Positions 9,140 through 17,472 of a stretch of 64,000 nucleotides of DNA are shown here, piece after piece. The translations under genes were made by a program, and so were the position numbers. The stretch lies in contig CALWZL010000001.1 of NCBI GenBank assembly GCA_944385995.1, forward strand, positions 46,382 through 110,381. The letters run 5' to 3'. Within the stretch, counting starts at the first letter, position 1; the number at the start of each line of letters is the position of its first letter. The notes under the pieces were generated by a model. That model had not been told where the DNA came from. It was given only the letters and a program-made list of their open reading frames with translations, and searched no databases. Source of the stretch: an uncultured Faecalibacterium sp. (GTDB lineage Bacteria; Bacillota; Clostridia; Oscillospirales; Ruminococcaceae).

Positions 9140-9766
9140 ATGAAGATCAAGAAGTTGTTGGCTCTGGCCCTGTCGGCAGTGATGGCCGTCGGTGTTCTGA
9201 CCGCCTGCGGAGGCGGCGGCGGAAGCAGCGTCAGCGGTTCTCTCAGCAACAATGAGGTAAACCGCTTGCTGAAGAGCGTAGGCAGTGGGATTACGGTGGA
9301 AAACGATACAAAACTGAACAATGCAGTGCGTTCTGCTGCCAGCGAGATCACTTCCAGCGGATCGACTTCCTCGGTTCAAAGTACCATTTCCAGCAATATG
9401 AAATGGTCCATCAGCAGCAATATTTCCAATGCCATTAAGAACTTTATCTCCAGCGGCGGCCTGATGGGCATTGATATGTCCTATGGTTCGACCTATGTGA
9501 TTGAGGAAAACCAGCTCAAGACCAATACCAGTGCCGGCGGCATCTGGAGTTCTGTCGACAATATCAGCAGCCTCGAGCCCATCAATACCCCCGAAAAGTT
9601 TGCAGCTGCCATGGTCCTGGTAGAGGAAAGCAAAAATGGCTGGATTTCAAGTGCAACCAACAATGTGGTTCGTTTTACCTACAACGTAAGTGCAAGCAAG
9701 GCGAAAACATCGGACGGCACGGTATACTGGGTCTTTGCGGCACAGGTGAATGTACACTTGCTGTAA
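9140..9766 (+). CDS. Lipoprotein of unknown function, paralogue 3 (Ser/Asn-rich)
   Basis: MKIKKLLALALSAVMAVGVLTAC lipobox; LNNAVRSAA, TPEKFAAAMVL, YNVSASK..VYWVF motifs. Confidence 0.88.
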   Translation: MKIKKLLALALSAVMAVGVLTACGGGGGSSVSGSLSNNEVNRLLKSVGSGITVENDTKLNNAVRSAASEITSSGSTSSVQSTISSNMKWSISSNISNAIKNFISSGGLMGIDMSYGSTYVIEENQLKTNTSAGGIWSSVDNISSLEPINTPEKFAAAMVLVEESKNGWISSATNNVVRFTYNVSASKAKTSDGTVYWVFAAQVNVHLL

Positions 9767-9785
9767 AATCAATGTTTGGAGTCTG

Positions 9786-9804
9786 CCCCCGGCCCCGCCG
9801 GGGG
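9786..9804. repeat. Palindromic repeat/terminator, copy 4 (shortened)
   Basis: cccccggc-ccc-gccggggg followed by tttt. Confidence 0.75.
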
Positions 9805-9910
9805 TTTTCCGGTATGAAGTGATGGCGAGCAAAGGCCGGCCGGGCGCAGAGATGGGCCGGCAGGCCGGCAGAGACCGGGCGCTGCGGCGCCCCTGGATGT
9901 GAGGTATAGA

Positions 9911-10519
9911 ATGATGAAAGCGAAAAAGTGGATGGCGCTTGCGTTGGCAGTGGTCATGGCAGTGGGAATGCTGGCCGGATGCGGCAGCGGTACTTCTTCC
10001 AGCAATCGGAGCGCCATGAGCGTATCCAAGGTCAACAGCGCGTTGCGGGCGGCGGAGAGCAAGACGAAGGCCAAGACGGTGGACGGACTGAACGAAGCAG
10101 TGGAAAAGGCCGCCGACTATATGGTGAAACGGGGCACCCTGGATGCCAACACCCTGCTGGGCTTCATTGCCTCGGAGCGCGGATACGACAATAACAACAA
10201 GTACGGCGCCGTCTTTGTGGTGTCGGAGGAAGAGCTGGAAGCCGGCATCAGCCCCAGCAGAGCAGCCGAGGGGATTGCGTCCCAGGTGAAATTGGAGGCG
10301 GACACTTCCAAGCTGGAAAAGATCGGCGTCCTGGACAGCCCCGAGCGGGTGGCCGCTGCGGTGATCCTGGGCGTGGATGGGGCGCTGAAAGAGCTTGTCG
10401 AAAACCCCTTTGTGAATGTCAGCGATATCACCTATGCGGTCAGCGGCCGGAAAGTCACGTTGGTCAATGACGTGGTCTACTATCTGATCGTGGTGGAGAT
10501 GAGCACCTCCGACGACTGA
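9911..10519 (+). CDS. Lipoprotein of unknown function, paralogue 4
   Basis: MMKAKKWMALALAVVMAVGMLAGC lipobox; LNEAVEKAA, SPERVAAAVIL, YAVSGRK..VYY motifs. Confidence 0.88.
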   Translation: MMKAKKWMALALAVVMAVGMLAGCGSGTSSSNRSAMSVSKVNSALRAAESKTKAKTVDGLNEAVEKAADYMVKRGTLDANTLLGFIASERGYDNNNKYGAVFVVSEEELEAGISPSRAAEGIASQVKLEADTSKLEKIGVLDSPERVAAAVILGVDGALKELVENPFVNVSDITYAVSGRKVTLVNDVVYYLIVVEMSTSDD

Positions 10520-10553
10520 AACACACCCCTGGAAAACCGTTCCAGATGAGATG

Positions 10554-10579
10554 AGCCCCGGCGGCCGCCGGGGCTTTTC
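10554..10579. repeat. Palindromic repeat/terminator, copy 5
   Basis: agccccggcggccgccggggct followed by tttc. Confidence 0.78.
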
Positions 10580-10653
10580 TGTTTCCAGGGCAGACAAAAA
10601 GACCGCGGCTGCTGAGAGGGGAAAGCAATCCGCGGTCTAGGATAAGGTCACTG

Positions 10654-11289
10654 TCAGAGGGAAGAATAGCCGAAGCTGTTCACCAGAGCGTCGATGGGCT
10701 GGCCCGCCTTGCACATGGGGCAGTCCCGGGATTCGTAGCTGGTGTAGTCGGGCAGGTTGTTGGGGTCAAAAATGGAGTTGACCTGCATCCCCATGAATTC
10801 ATGGGTGGTGGCGAAGATGGCAGCCAGGCCGGCCACCTGTCCGCCGTAATATTCCACCGCCTCGATGGCGGCCTGGACTGTAAAGCCGGTGGTGATGGAG
10901 GCGGCCAGAATCAGGACGTGCTTGCCCCGGACCATGGGGGCGATGTTGTCCCGCAAAATAATCTGGCTGCCGGAAGTGTACTCAGGGGTGATGACGTAGA
11001 CGGTCTGGTGGGCGTTCATGTTGCGGAAGCCGTCTTTGGTCAGCTCGTTGGCCAGACAGGTGCCGATGACCTGGGTTCCGTCCAGACAGAGGACAGTGTC
11101 CACGATGGTGGTGGTCTTGTACATATGGACCAGCTCCCGGGCAGCCTCGGCGGCCTCGGACAGGCGGGTCTTCTGCATGGTCACGTCGATGTAATAGTTG
11201 ATATGGCTGTGGCTGGTAGCGAAGTGCCCCCTGGCAACGCGCAGGATCATCCGCTTGTTTTTGGTGGGCAGCTTGACCAGGTTAATCAT
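10654..11289 (-). CDS. Type I phosphoribosyltransferase-family protein (orotate PRTase-like, atypical PRPP loop)
   Basis: GHF..SH..YY.D motif; HVLILAASITTG in place of the usual acidic DD loop; C-terminal CPMC; GGAGG RBS before ATG 11289. Confidence 0.8.
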   Translation of the reverse strand: MINLVKLPTKNKRMILRVARGHFATSHSHINYYIDVTMQKTRLSEAAEAARELVHMYKTTTIVDTVLCLDGTQVIGTCLANELTKDGFRNMNAHQTVYVITPEYTSGSQIILRDNIAPMVRGKHVLILAASITTGFTVQAAIEAVEYYGGQVAGLAAIFATTHEFMGMQVNSIFDPNNLPDYTSYESRDCPMCKAGQPIDALVNSFGYSSL

Positions 11290-11456
11290 TGGTTGAACCC
11301 CTCCTGTCTGTATGTGGTGAGCAGAGCCATCCCCCCGGACGCTCTGCAAGGCTATGTCATAATCTTATTGTAGCGGGAAATACTTTTGCACACAATACAC
11401 AAAATTCACAAATTTTAGGAAAAAATTCAGTGTAATATACTGTTCCGCCGGAGGCC

Positions 11457-11485
11457 TTGACAGGGCCTTCCAAACGTGTTATAGT
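11457..11485 (+). promoter_or_regulatory. Sigma-A promoter of trpS
   Basis: TTGACA-17-TATAGT with extended TG. Confidence 0.75.
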
Positions 11486-11494
11486 CTAATGTAC

Positions 11495-11785
11495 AAACCG
11501 ATGAAGCGGAAGATGCGGCGAGAGCATTCCCGGCAGAGAGCCTGCGGCAGCTGAAAAGCAGGCGGGACCATGTGCGCCGCTATGGGCCGCCGAGGGTGCG
11601 GGGGAAGGGCCCATGGCCTGGGTATCCCGCGACGGCAGGGCGCACGTCAGCGCCGGGGATGTGTTGGCATCCCGTCAGAGGGTGCAGCCCCCAAGGGGCT
11701 GCAAAGCAAGGTGGCACCGCGGATCAGATCTGTTGATTCGTCCTTGACAAGACCGGCAGGCCCGGCTTTGTCAGGGACTTTTTTG
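11495..11785 (+). promoter_or_regulatory. T-box riboswitch (Trp)
   Basis: AGAGA and GCTGAAA stem-I boxes, likely TGG specifier at 11583-11585, T-box AAGGTGGCACCGCG at 11708-11721, terminator 11740-11784, upstream of trpS. Confidence 0.92.
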
Positions 11786-11857
11786 ATGTCCGGGGAAAGG
11801 CAGGGCGGCCGGTCAGGACCATTCACCTTGGAAGTTGATTTGCAGGAGGCTTTTCGT

Positions 11858-12868
11858 ATGAGCGAACAGAGTGAGCGCAAGCGCGTTATTTTGTCAGGCA
11901 TTCAGCCCACCGGCACCTTTACCCTGGGCAATTATATCGGGGCGGTCCGCAACTGGGCCAAGCTCCAGGACGAGTTCGACTGTCTGTATATGGTGGCAGA
12001 CCTCCACGCCCTGACCGTCCGGCAGGACCCGGCAGCCCTGCGCCGTCACACCCGGGAAGCTGCGGCCATGATTCTGGCCGCCGGCATTGACCCGGCCCGG
12101 AGCATCCTCTTTGTCCAGAGCCATGTGCCGGCCCACACCCAGCTCAACTGGATTTTCTGCTGCAACGCCCAGTTCGGCGAGCTGAGCCGGATGACCCAGT
12201 TCAAGGACAAGAGCGCCAAGCACCCCGACAACGTCAACGGCGGCCTGTTCACCTATCCGGCCCTGATGGCCGCCGACATCCTGATCTACAACGCCGATCT
12301 GGTGCCGGTGGGACAGGATCAGACCCAGCATCTGGAGCTGGCCCGGAACATTGCCCAGCGGTTCAACAACAACTACAGCCCCACCTTTGTGATGCCGGAA
12401 GGCTATGTGACCAAGGAGGGCGCCAAGATCATGTCTCTGGCCGATCCCACCCGCAAGATGAGCAAGAGCGACACCAACGTCAACGCCTTCATCCTGCTGA
12501 CCGACGACCGGGACACCATCACCCGGAAGTTCAAGCGGGCGGTGACCGATTCGGACGGCGTGGTCCGCTACGATCCGGCCGCCAAGCCCGGCGTGTCCAA
12601 CCTGATCGCCATCTACCACATCTTCACCGGCAAGAGTATCGAGGAGATCGAGCGGGAATTTGACGGCCAGGGCTATGGCGTCTTTAAGGAGGCAGTGGGC
12701 GCGGCGGTGGCCGATGGCCTGGCCCCCATCCAGGGCGAGTACAACCGCATTCTGGCCGACAAGGCCTATGTGGACGGCGTCCTGAAGGACGGCGCGGCGG
12801 CTGCGTCCCGCATCGCTGACCGGATGATCCAGAAGGTCTACCGCAAGGTCGGCCTGCTCCAGCTGTGA
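11858..12868 (+). CDS. trpS: Tryptophan--tRNA ligase
   Basis: SGIQPTG..TLGNYIG, YPALMAADIL, VPVGQDQ, KMSKS motifs; CAGGAGG RBS. Confidence 0.98.
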   Translation: MSEQSERKRVILSGIQPTGTFTLGNYIGAVRNWAKLQDEFDCLYMVADLHALTVRQDPAALRRHTREAAAMILAAGIDPARSILFVQSHVPAHTQLNWIFCCNAQFGELSRMTQFKDKSAKHPDNVNGGLFTYPALMAADILIYNADLVPVGQDQTQHLELARNIAQRFNNNYSPTFVMPEGYVTKEGAKIMSLADPTRKMSKSDTNVNAFILLTDDRDTITRKFKRAVTDSDGVVRYDPAAKPGVSNLIAIYHIFTGKSIEEIEREFDGQGYGVFKEAVGAAVADGLAPIQGEYNRILADKAYVDGVLKDGAAAASRIADRMIQKVYRKVGLLQL

Positions 12869-13188
12869 GCCAATCCGATTGAAATAGACAAAGTTCGGCC
12901 CGTGCATCTGCGCTGATTTGGCGCGGCACGGGCCGTTTTGCGCTTTTACGGCAGAGGACGCGGTTTTGTGCGGTGAAAAACGCTTGGATTCGCACTTTTT
13001 CGGCGGCAGCAGCGGAAAAGAAACAGAGCCGGTGGGATTTTGTGTCGAAGAAAGACGGAATTCTTGACGAAAGCTGTTCCTTCCTGTATACTGGAAAAAA
13101 CAGGAAAGAATCTGTGTTTGTGCTGGGTCGGCAGCAGAGCTTTTCTGAAGGAATAGAACGCGAAGAATCGCGGAAAAAGGAGAACGAC

Positions 13189-13488
13189 ATGAAGAAAAAA
13201 AAGAGCACCGGGATCGTCCGCGGGATTGACAATCTGGGCCGTGTGGTGTTGCCCAAGGAGCTGCGTACCGCAATGGGCCTGACCGGCGACAGTAAGGTGG
13301 AAATCTTTGCGGAGAACGGTGCTATCGTCATGCGGAAGTATATCCCGCCCAAGGCCTGCATGTTCTGCGGCGCGGTGGATGAGCGGGCGGTGGTATTTGA
13401 AGGGTGCTGCATCTGTCCGGCCTGTTGTGAGCGGATTGCGTCGCTGGAGCCGGGGCAGACCACCGTGGAAGGGAGCGTTGCCCTGTGA
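13189..13488 (+). CDS. AbrB/MazE/SpoVT-family DNA-binding protein
   Basis: STGIVRGIDNLGRVVLPKELR; C-terminal CxxC...CxxC; AAGGAG RBS; promoter TTGACG-17-TATACT at 13064. Confidence 0.9.
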   Translation: MKKKKSTGIVRGIDNLGRVVLPKELRTAMGLTGDSKVEIFAENGAIVMRKYIPPKACMFCGAVDERAVVFEGCCICPACCERIASLEPGQTTVEGSVAL

Positions 13489-14426
13489 GCGATCTGCGGC
13501 ATCTGCGGATTTCCTCGGCCCGGCCGGGGAACAGCATCCATGTGATGCTCTGCCTGCCCGAGGGCCGGCCCCGGGCGGTGCTCCAGATGACCCACGGGAT
13601 GGTGGAGTACATCGGCCGGTATGAGGAACTGGCCCGCTGGCTGGCGGACCGGGGCATTGCGTCGGTGGGCCATGACCATCTGGGCCATGGGAGTTCGGTG
13701 ATGAGCAAGGACGACTACGGCTATTTTGGCCTTCCCGACGGCAACCGCCTGTTGCTGGATGACCTGTACGGGGTGACCCGCTGGGCCAAAAGGCGGGCCG
13801 AACTGGCGGGGGCGCCCTGGTTTTTGCTGGGCCACAGCATGGGCTCCTTTTACGCGCGGCAATATCTCTGTGAGCATGGCGATGAATTGAAGGGCGCCAT
13901 CCTGATGGGGACCGGCTGGCAGCCCAAAGCCGCGGTCCTGTGCGGCAAGGCGCTCTGCCGCCTGCTGGCGGCGGTGAAGGGCTGGCATGACCGGAGCAAA
14001 CTGGTGGACAGTTTAGCCTTTGGCAGCTATAACCGGAGCTTTGAGCCGGCCCGCACCCCCAAGGACTGGCTGAACCGGGACGAGGCCGAGGTGGACCGCT
14101 ATTTGGCCGAGGAGCGGTGCAGCTTCCGCTTCACCCTCAACGGCTATTACAGCATGTTCACCGGGCTGGCCCGGCTGTGCGACCCGACCTTATTGGACCA
14201 GGTGCCCAAAGACCTGCCGGTCCTCTTTCTTTCGGGGGACGATGACCCGGTGGGAGACAGGGGCCGCGGGGTGAACAGGGCGGCCCAGAGCCTCCGGGCC
14301 GCCGGCGTCCGCCAGGTGGAGGTCAAACTCTATCCCGGGGCCCGGCATGAATTGCTGGTGGAACTGAACCGCCAGGAGGTCTTTGCCGACATCGGCGCCT
14401 TCATCGAAAACAACCTGCCGGATTGA
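13485..14426 (+). CDS. Alpha/beta hydrolase (lysophospholipase-like)
   Basis: HGMVEY, DHLGHG, GHSMGS nucleophile elbow, GDDDPV, GARHEL. Confidence 0.92.
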   Translation: MSDLRHLRISSARPGNSIHVMLCLPEGRPRAVLQMTHGMVEYIGRYEELARWLADRGIASVGHDHLGHGSSVMSKDDYGYFGLPDGNRLLLDDLYGVTRWAKRRAELAGAPWFLLGHSMGSFYARQYLCEHGDELKGAILMGTGWQPKAAVLCGKALCRLLAAVKGWHDRSKLVDSLAFGSYNRSFEPARTPKDWLNRDEAEVDRYLAEERCSFRFTLNGYYSMFTGLARLCDPTLLDQVPKDLPVLFLSGDDDPVGDRGRGVNRAAQSLRAAGVRQVEVKLYPGARHELLVELNRQEVFADIGAFIENNLPD

Positions 14427-14427
14427 C

Positions 14428-14540
14428 GGCAAACACAGCGACCGCGTCCTGAGGACGAAACAGGGAGCTGTGTTTGGCGCGGTGCTCCAATTTTTACAAG
14501 GGCATTCATGCCCGCAGAAAAAATTGGTTAAGCACAAGAG
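14428..14540 (+). repeat. Dispersed structured element, copy A
   Basis: Aligns end to end with 32254-32369 (minus strand), with compensatory substitutions. Confidence 0.85.
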
Positions 14541-14646
14541 GACAGCAGTCTGTCTTTTATGGGTTCCCCCTAAAGCGTGTCGTTTTTCGATACGCTCAAG
14601 CGCCCCCGCGTGGATGAAAACGCGGGGGCGCTGGTGTTTGAGAGGG

Positions 14647-15351
14647 TTACTTGTTTTCGTCGGGCGGGGTCAGGCCGCGGATCCGGGTCTCGCTGGTCTT
14701 GACCAGGTTGAGCAGGCTGGAAGCGTAGAGGGGAAACTCCCGGGTCAGGCTCTCGGTGGTCATGGCCAGGGGTTCGGTGTCCTCCAGGCCCTCGCCGTTT
14801 TTGATACTGCCGCCGGACAAAAGGACGTTGACGTTGGCCTCGGCCATCCGCATGACGGCGTCGGCATAGCCGTTCCACTGCCCTTCGCCGATGCTGAACA
14901 TGCTGGCCGAATTGTGGGGGCCGTTGGTGTACAGCAGCCGGAACATCTTGTACACCGACATCATCAGATAGGTGCTGATCTCGGTGACCAGGGCTTTGTT
15001 GTGACACTGGCCCACCTTGGCGTACAGGACGTTGAGACTGTTGGAAATCAGCTTTTTGTTCATGGTGGGGAGGACGCTGCCGTGATAGACGCTGTCCTTC
15101 ATCTTGTCGGGATTGGGGAGGTCGTCGGCGGTCAGAACGGCGCCGGTGCGGTCTGCGCTGCGGCCCAGCAGATAGTCGCAGGACACCCCGTAATAGTCCG
15201 CCACCCGGACCACGAAGTCCAGGCCGCATTCGCGGATCCCCTTTTCGTAGTGGGAGAGCAGCGCCTGGGAAATGTGCAGGTCCTCGGCGGCCTGTTTCTG
15301 GGTGATGCCCCGTTCGGTGCGCAGCAGCTTGATGATACGGTTGAATTCCAT
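14647..15351 (-). CDS. XRE-family helix-turn-helix transcriptional regulator
   Basis: LRTERGITQKQAA..ISQALLSHYEKG..VSCDYLLG; AGGAGG RBS before ATG 15351. Confidence 0.9.
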   Translation of the reverse strand: MEFNRIIKLLRTERGITQKQAAEDLHISQALLSHYEKGIRECGLDFVVRVADYYGVSCDYLLGRSADRTGAVLTADDLPNPDKMKDSVYHGSVLPTMNKKLISNSLNVLYAKVGQCHNKALVTEISTYLMMSVYKMFRLLYTNGPHNSASMFSIGEGQWNGYADAVMRMAEANVNVLLSGGSIKNGEGLEDTEPLAMTTESLTREFPLYASSLLNLVKTSETRIRGLTPPDENK

Positions 15352-15636
15352 GAATGATCCTCCTGGGCGGGGCCGGCCCCCCATGACCGGCGAAAAAAGC
15401 CCTTTTTACCTTTGTTTCAACAACACGTTGATTATACACAAGGGAAAACGACTTGTAAAGGAAAAAATCGCCGATGTTTTGCCTGATTTTTCGTCGTTTT
15501 TGTCAAAAGGCTTGCTCTGCCACCAGATATATGATACACTTAACCATATTCCCCGCCTATCTTGTGTCTGCGGTCTGCCGCAGGCGCAAAATTTTTTGGG
15601 AGGGCGGGGCTCTGGTACGAAAGAGGTGCGTTGTGC

Positions 15637-16311
15637 ATGAAGACCTTTAAGCTGCATCTGATCCGCCACGGCCTGACCGCCGGCAATCTGGACGGGCGGT
15701 ACATCGGCGGAGGGACCGATCTCCCGCTGTGCGACGAGGGCCGGGCCCAGCTGGCCGAGCTGCAGGCGCGGTTTACCTACCCCCAGGTGGACACCGTCTT
15801 TTCTTCGCCGATGCTGCGGGCGGTCGAGACGGCGAATATCCTCTTCCCGGGGGCAGCCCATCAGTTCACGGTCCACGACCTGCGGGAGGCCCACTTCGGG
15901 GTGTTTGAAAACCGCCCCGTCAAGGAATTGGTGAAGGACCCGGATTTTTCCCGCTGGATCACCCCCGGTTCCGGCTTCACCCCCCAGGGAGCCGAGCCCA
16001 CGGCGGATTTCCACCGGCGGTGCGGCGAGTCCCTGCTCAAGCTGTTTGAGTATATGATCCGAATGGATGTCACCGAGGCCGCCTGTGTGACCCACGGCGG
16101 CGTCATTGTCAGTATGTTGTCCCAGCACGCCCTGCCCAGCCGCCGCCCCGAGCAGTGGATGGCCGATCCGGGCTGCGGCTATACCGTCCAGACCGATGTC
16201 CAGCTCTGGATGCGGGATCGGATGGTGGAGGCCATCGACATTGTCCCCTACGGCTATGCTGACACCCTGCGGGGCCAGGCCGAGGCCGAAGAAAACGAGT
16301 CCTACCGATAA
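15637..16311 (+). CDS. Histidine phosphatase (phosphoglycerate mutase/CobC-like) family protein
   Basis: LIRHG, SSPMLRAVETA, LREAHFG, VTHGG motifs. Confidence 0.9.
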   Translation: MKTFKLHLIRHGLTAGNLDGRYIGGGTDLPLCDEGRAQLAELQARFTYPQVDTVFSSPMLRAVETANILFPGAAHQFTVHDLREAHFGVFENRPVKELVKDPDFSRWITPGSGFTPQGAEPTADFHRRCGESLLKLFEYMIRMDVTEAACVTHGGVIVSMLSQHALPSRRPEQWMADPGCGYTVQTDVQLWMRDRMVEAIDIVPYGYADTLRGQAEAEENESYR

Positions 16312-16358
16312 AACAAAGACCGCCCTCTGCACTGGCAGGGGGCGGTTTTGGTTTGGAA

Positions 16359-17453
16359 TCAGTTGGCAGTCATCTCGGAGCCCTGGCTGTCCCGGAGGAT
16401 CACTTCCTGGCCGGCCACGCTGCCCATCAGGGCGATGTAGCTGGTGCCTGGCTGGACGTTGAGGGCGGTGCCGTCCGAATTGTAGATGGAGAGGGTGGAC
16501 TCCACGCCGGGCATCCAGAGGATGCTCCAGACCGATCCGCCGCTGAGGTAGACCCCGGCGCCCATGGTCAAATCATAGCCCCAGGAATAGCCGTCATCCC
16601 GGAGGGAAGGGGCGCTGTAGAGGATCAGCAGGTTGTCAAAACCCGCCTGGGTGCCGGTGTTGGCGTCGGTCTGGGGAGAACCGTCGGCCCGGGCCATCAG
16701 GTATTGCTGGGTGCCGGCGTCATAGGTAAAACTGGTGGAGCTGGTGGAGGAAAAGATCAGCTCCACCGAGGAGGCCCCTTCCTTGCCGTTGGCGGGCTCC
16801 CCAAAGGGGAGAAGGGGCGGCAGATGGACGGTGGTGTCGCCCCCGGAGGAGTCGCTGTCCGCGGCGAGGGAATCGGCGTCAGCCTGGGGAATCAGAGAGA
16901 CGCCGGCGCTGGCGGCCAGGGGCAGCAGATCGGCGCCGCTGGTGGTCCAGCTGACCTGATCCGGCTGGCCCCAAGCGCCCTGGTAGGTGAAGCCCTGGAC
17001 CCCCAGGGAAAGGGCATCCAGGGGCAGAACGTCATAGAGGTCCAAAAAGTTGGCCGCGTAGATGCTGGCGTCCCGCTGCACCGGAATCACCTGTTGGCAG
17101 GCCAGGAGCTGGAGATAGAGGTCCCGGGCCTGGGCCACAGGTCCGGCCTGGGGGACAGCCTCCAGAGCGGGATAGACCAGACAGAGGCTGGTGTCGGTTT
17201 GCCCCTCGGTGAGAGCTTCCAGGACCACCGACGCTTCCCCGATGCCCCATTGACGGCTGGCATCCGGCCCGTTGTCAAGAAAGACGGCCGCGGGCCGCTG
17301 GTCGGGCCAGCGGGCTGTTTTGCCGGTGAGGGGGTCCAGAGCAACGGCGTCGGGATCGGAGGCCGAGCCGGTCTGCTGTCCGAACAGGGTACAGCCGGTC
17401 AGGACCAGGGCCGCAAAACAGAGGGCCGCCAGTGCCGGAGCAAGTTTCTTCAT
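16359..17453 (-). CDS. DUF3048-like lipoprotein (degenerate)
   Basis: LTGC lipobox; DPLTG..RPAAVFLDN..RQWGI..A.VVLE; similar to the adjacent gene. Confidence 0.75.
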   Translation of the reverse strand: MKKLAPALAALCFAALVLTGCTLFGQQTGSASDPDAVALDPLTGKTARWPDQRPAAVFLDNGPDASRQWGIGEASVVLEALTEGQTDTSLCLVYPALEAVPQAGPVAQARDLYLQLLACQQVIPVQRDASIYAANFLDLYDVLPLDALSLGVQGFTYQGAWGQPDQVSWTTSGADLLPLAASAGVSLIPQADADSLAADSDSSGGDTTVHLPPLLPFGEPANGKEGASSVELIFSSTSSTSFTYDAGTQQYLMARADGSPQTDANTGTQAGFDNLLILYSAPSLRDDGYSWGYDLTMGAGVYLSGGSVWSILWMPGVESTLSIYNSDGTALNVQPGTSYIALMGSVAGQEVILRDSQGSEMTAN

Positions 17454-17472
17454 GGTGAAAGTCCTTCCCAAA

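Noticed and set aside
7116-10579. CRISPR array or integron attC cassettes
   Set aside because: Repeat spacing is long and irregular (hundreds of bp to over 1 kb); no cas or integrase genes; no attC R-box consensus
11570-11857. N-terminal extension of TrpS in the ORF track
   Set aside because: The region is the T-box leader; the RBS-supported start is ATG 11858
14431-14475. Hammerhead ribozyme suggested by GTCC-tga-GGAC-GAAAC inside a closing stem
   Set aside because: No CUGANGA before stem II, no stem III or NUH cleavage triplet, and copy B has AAAAC instead of GAAAC
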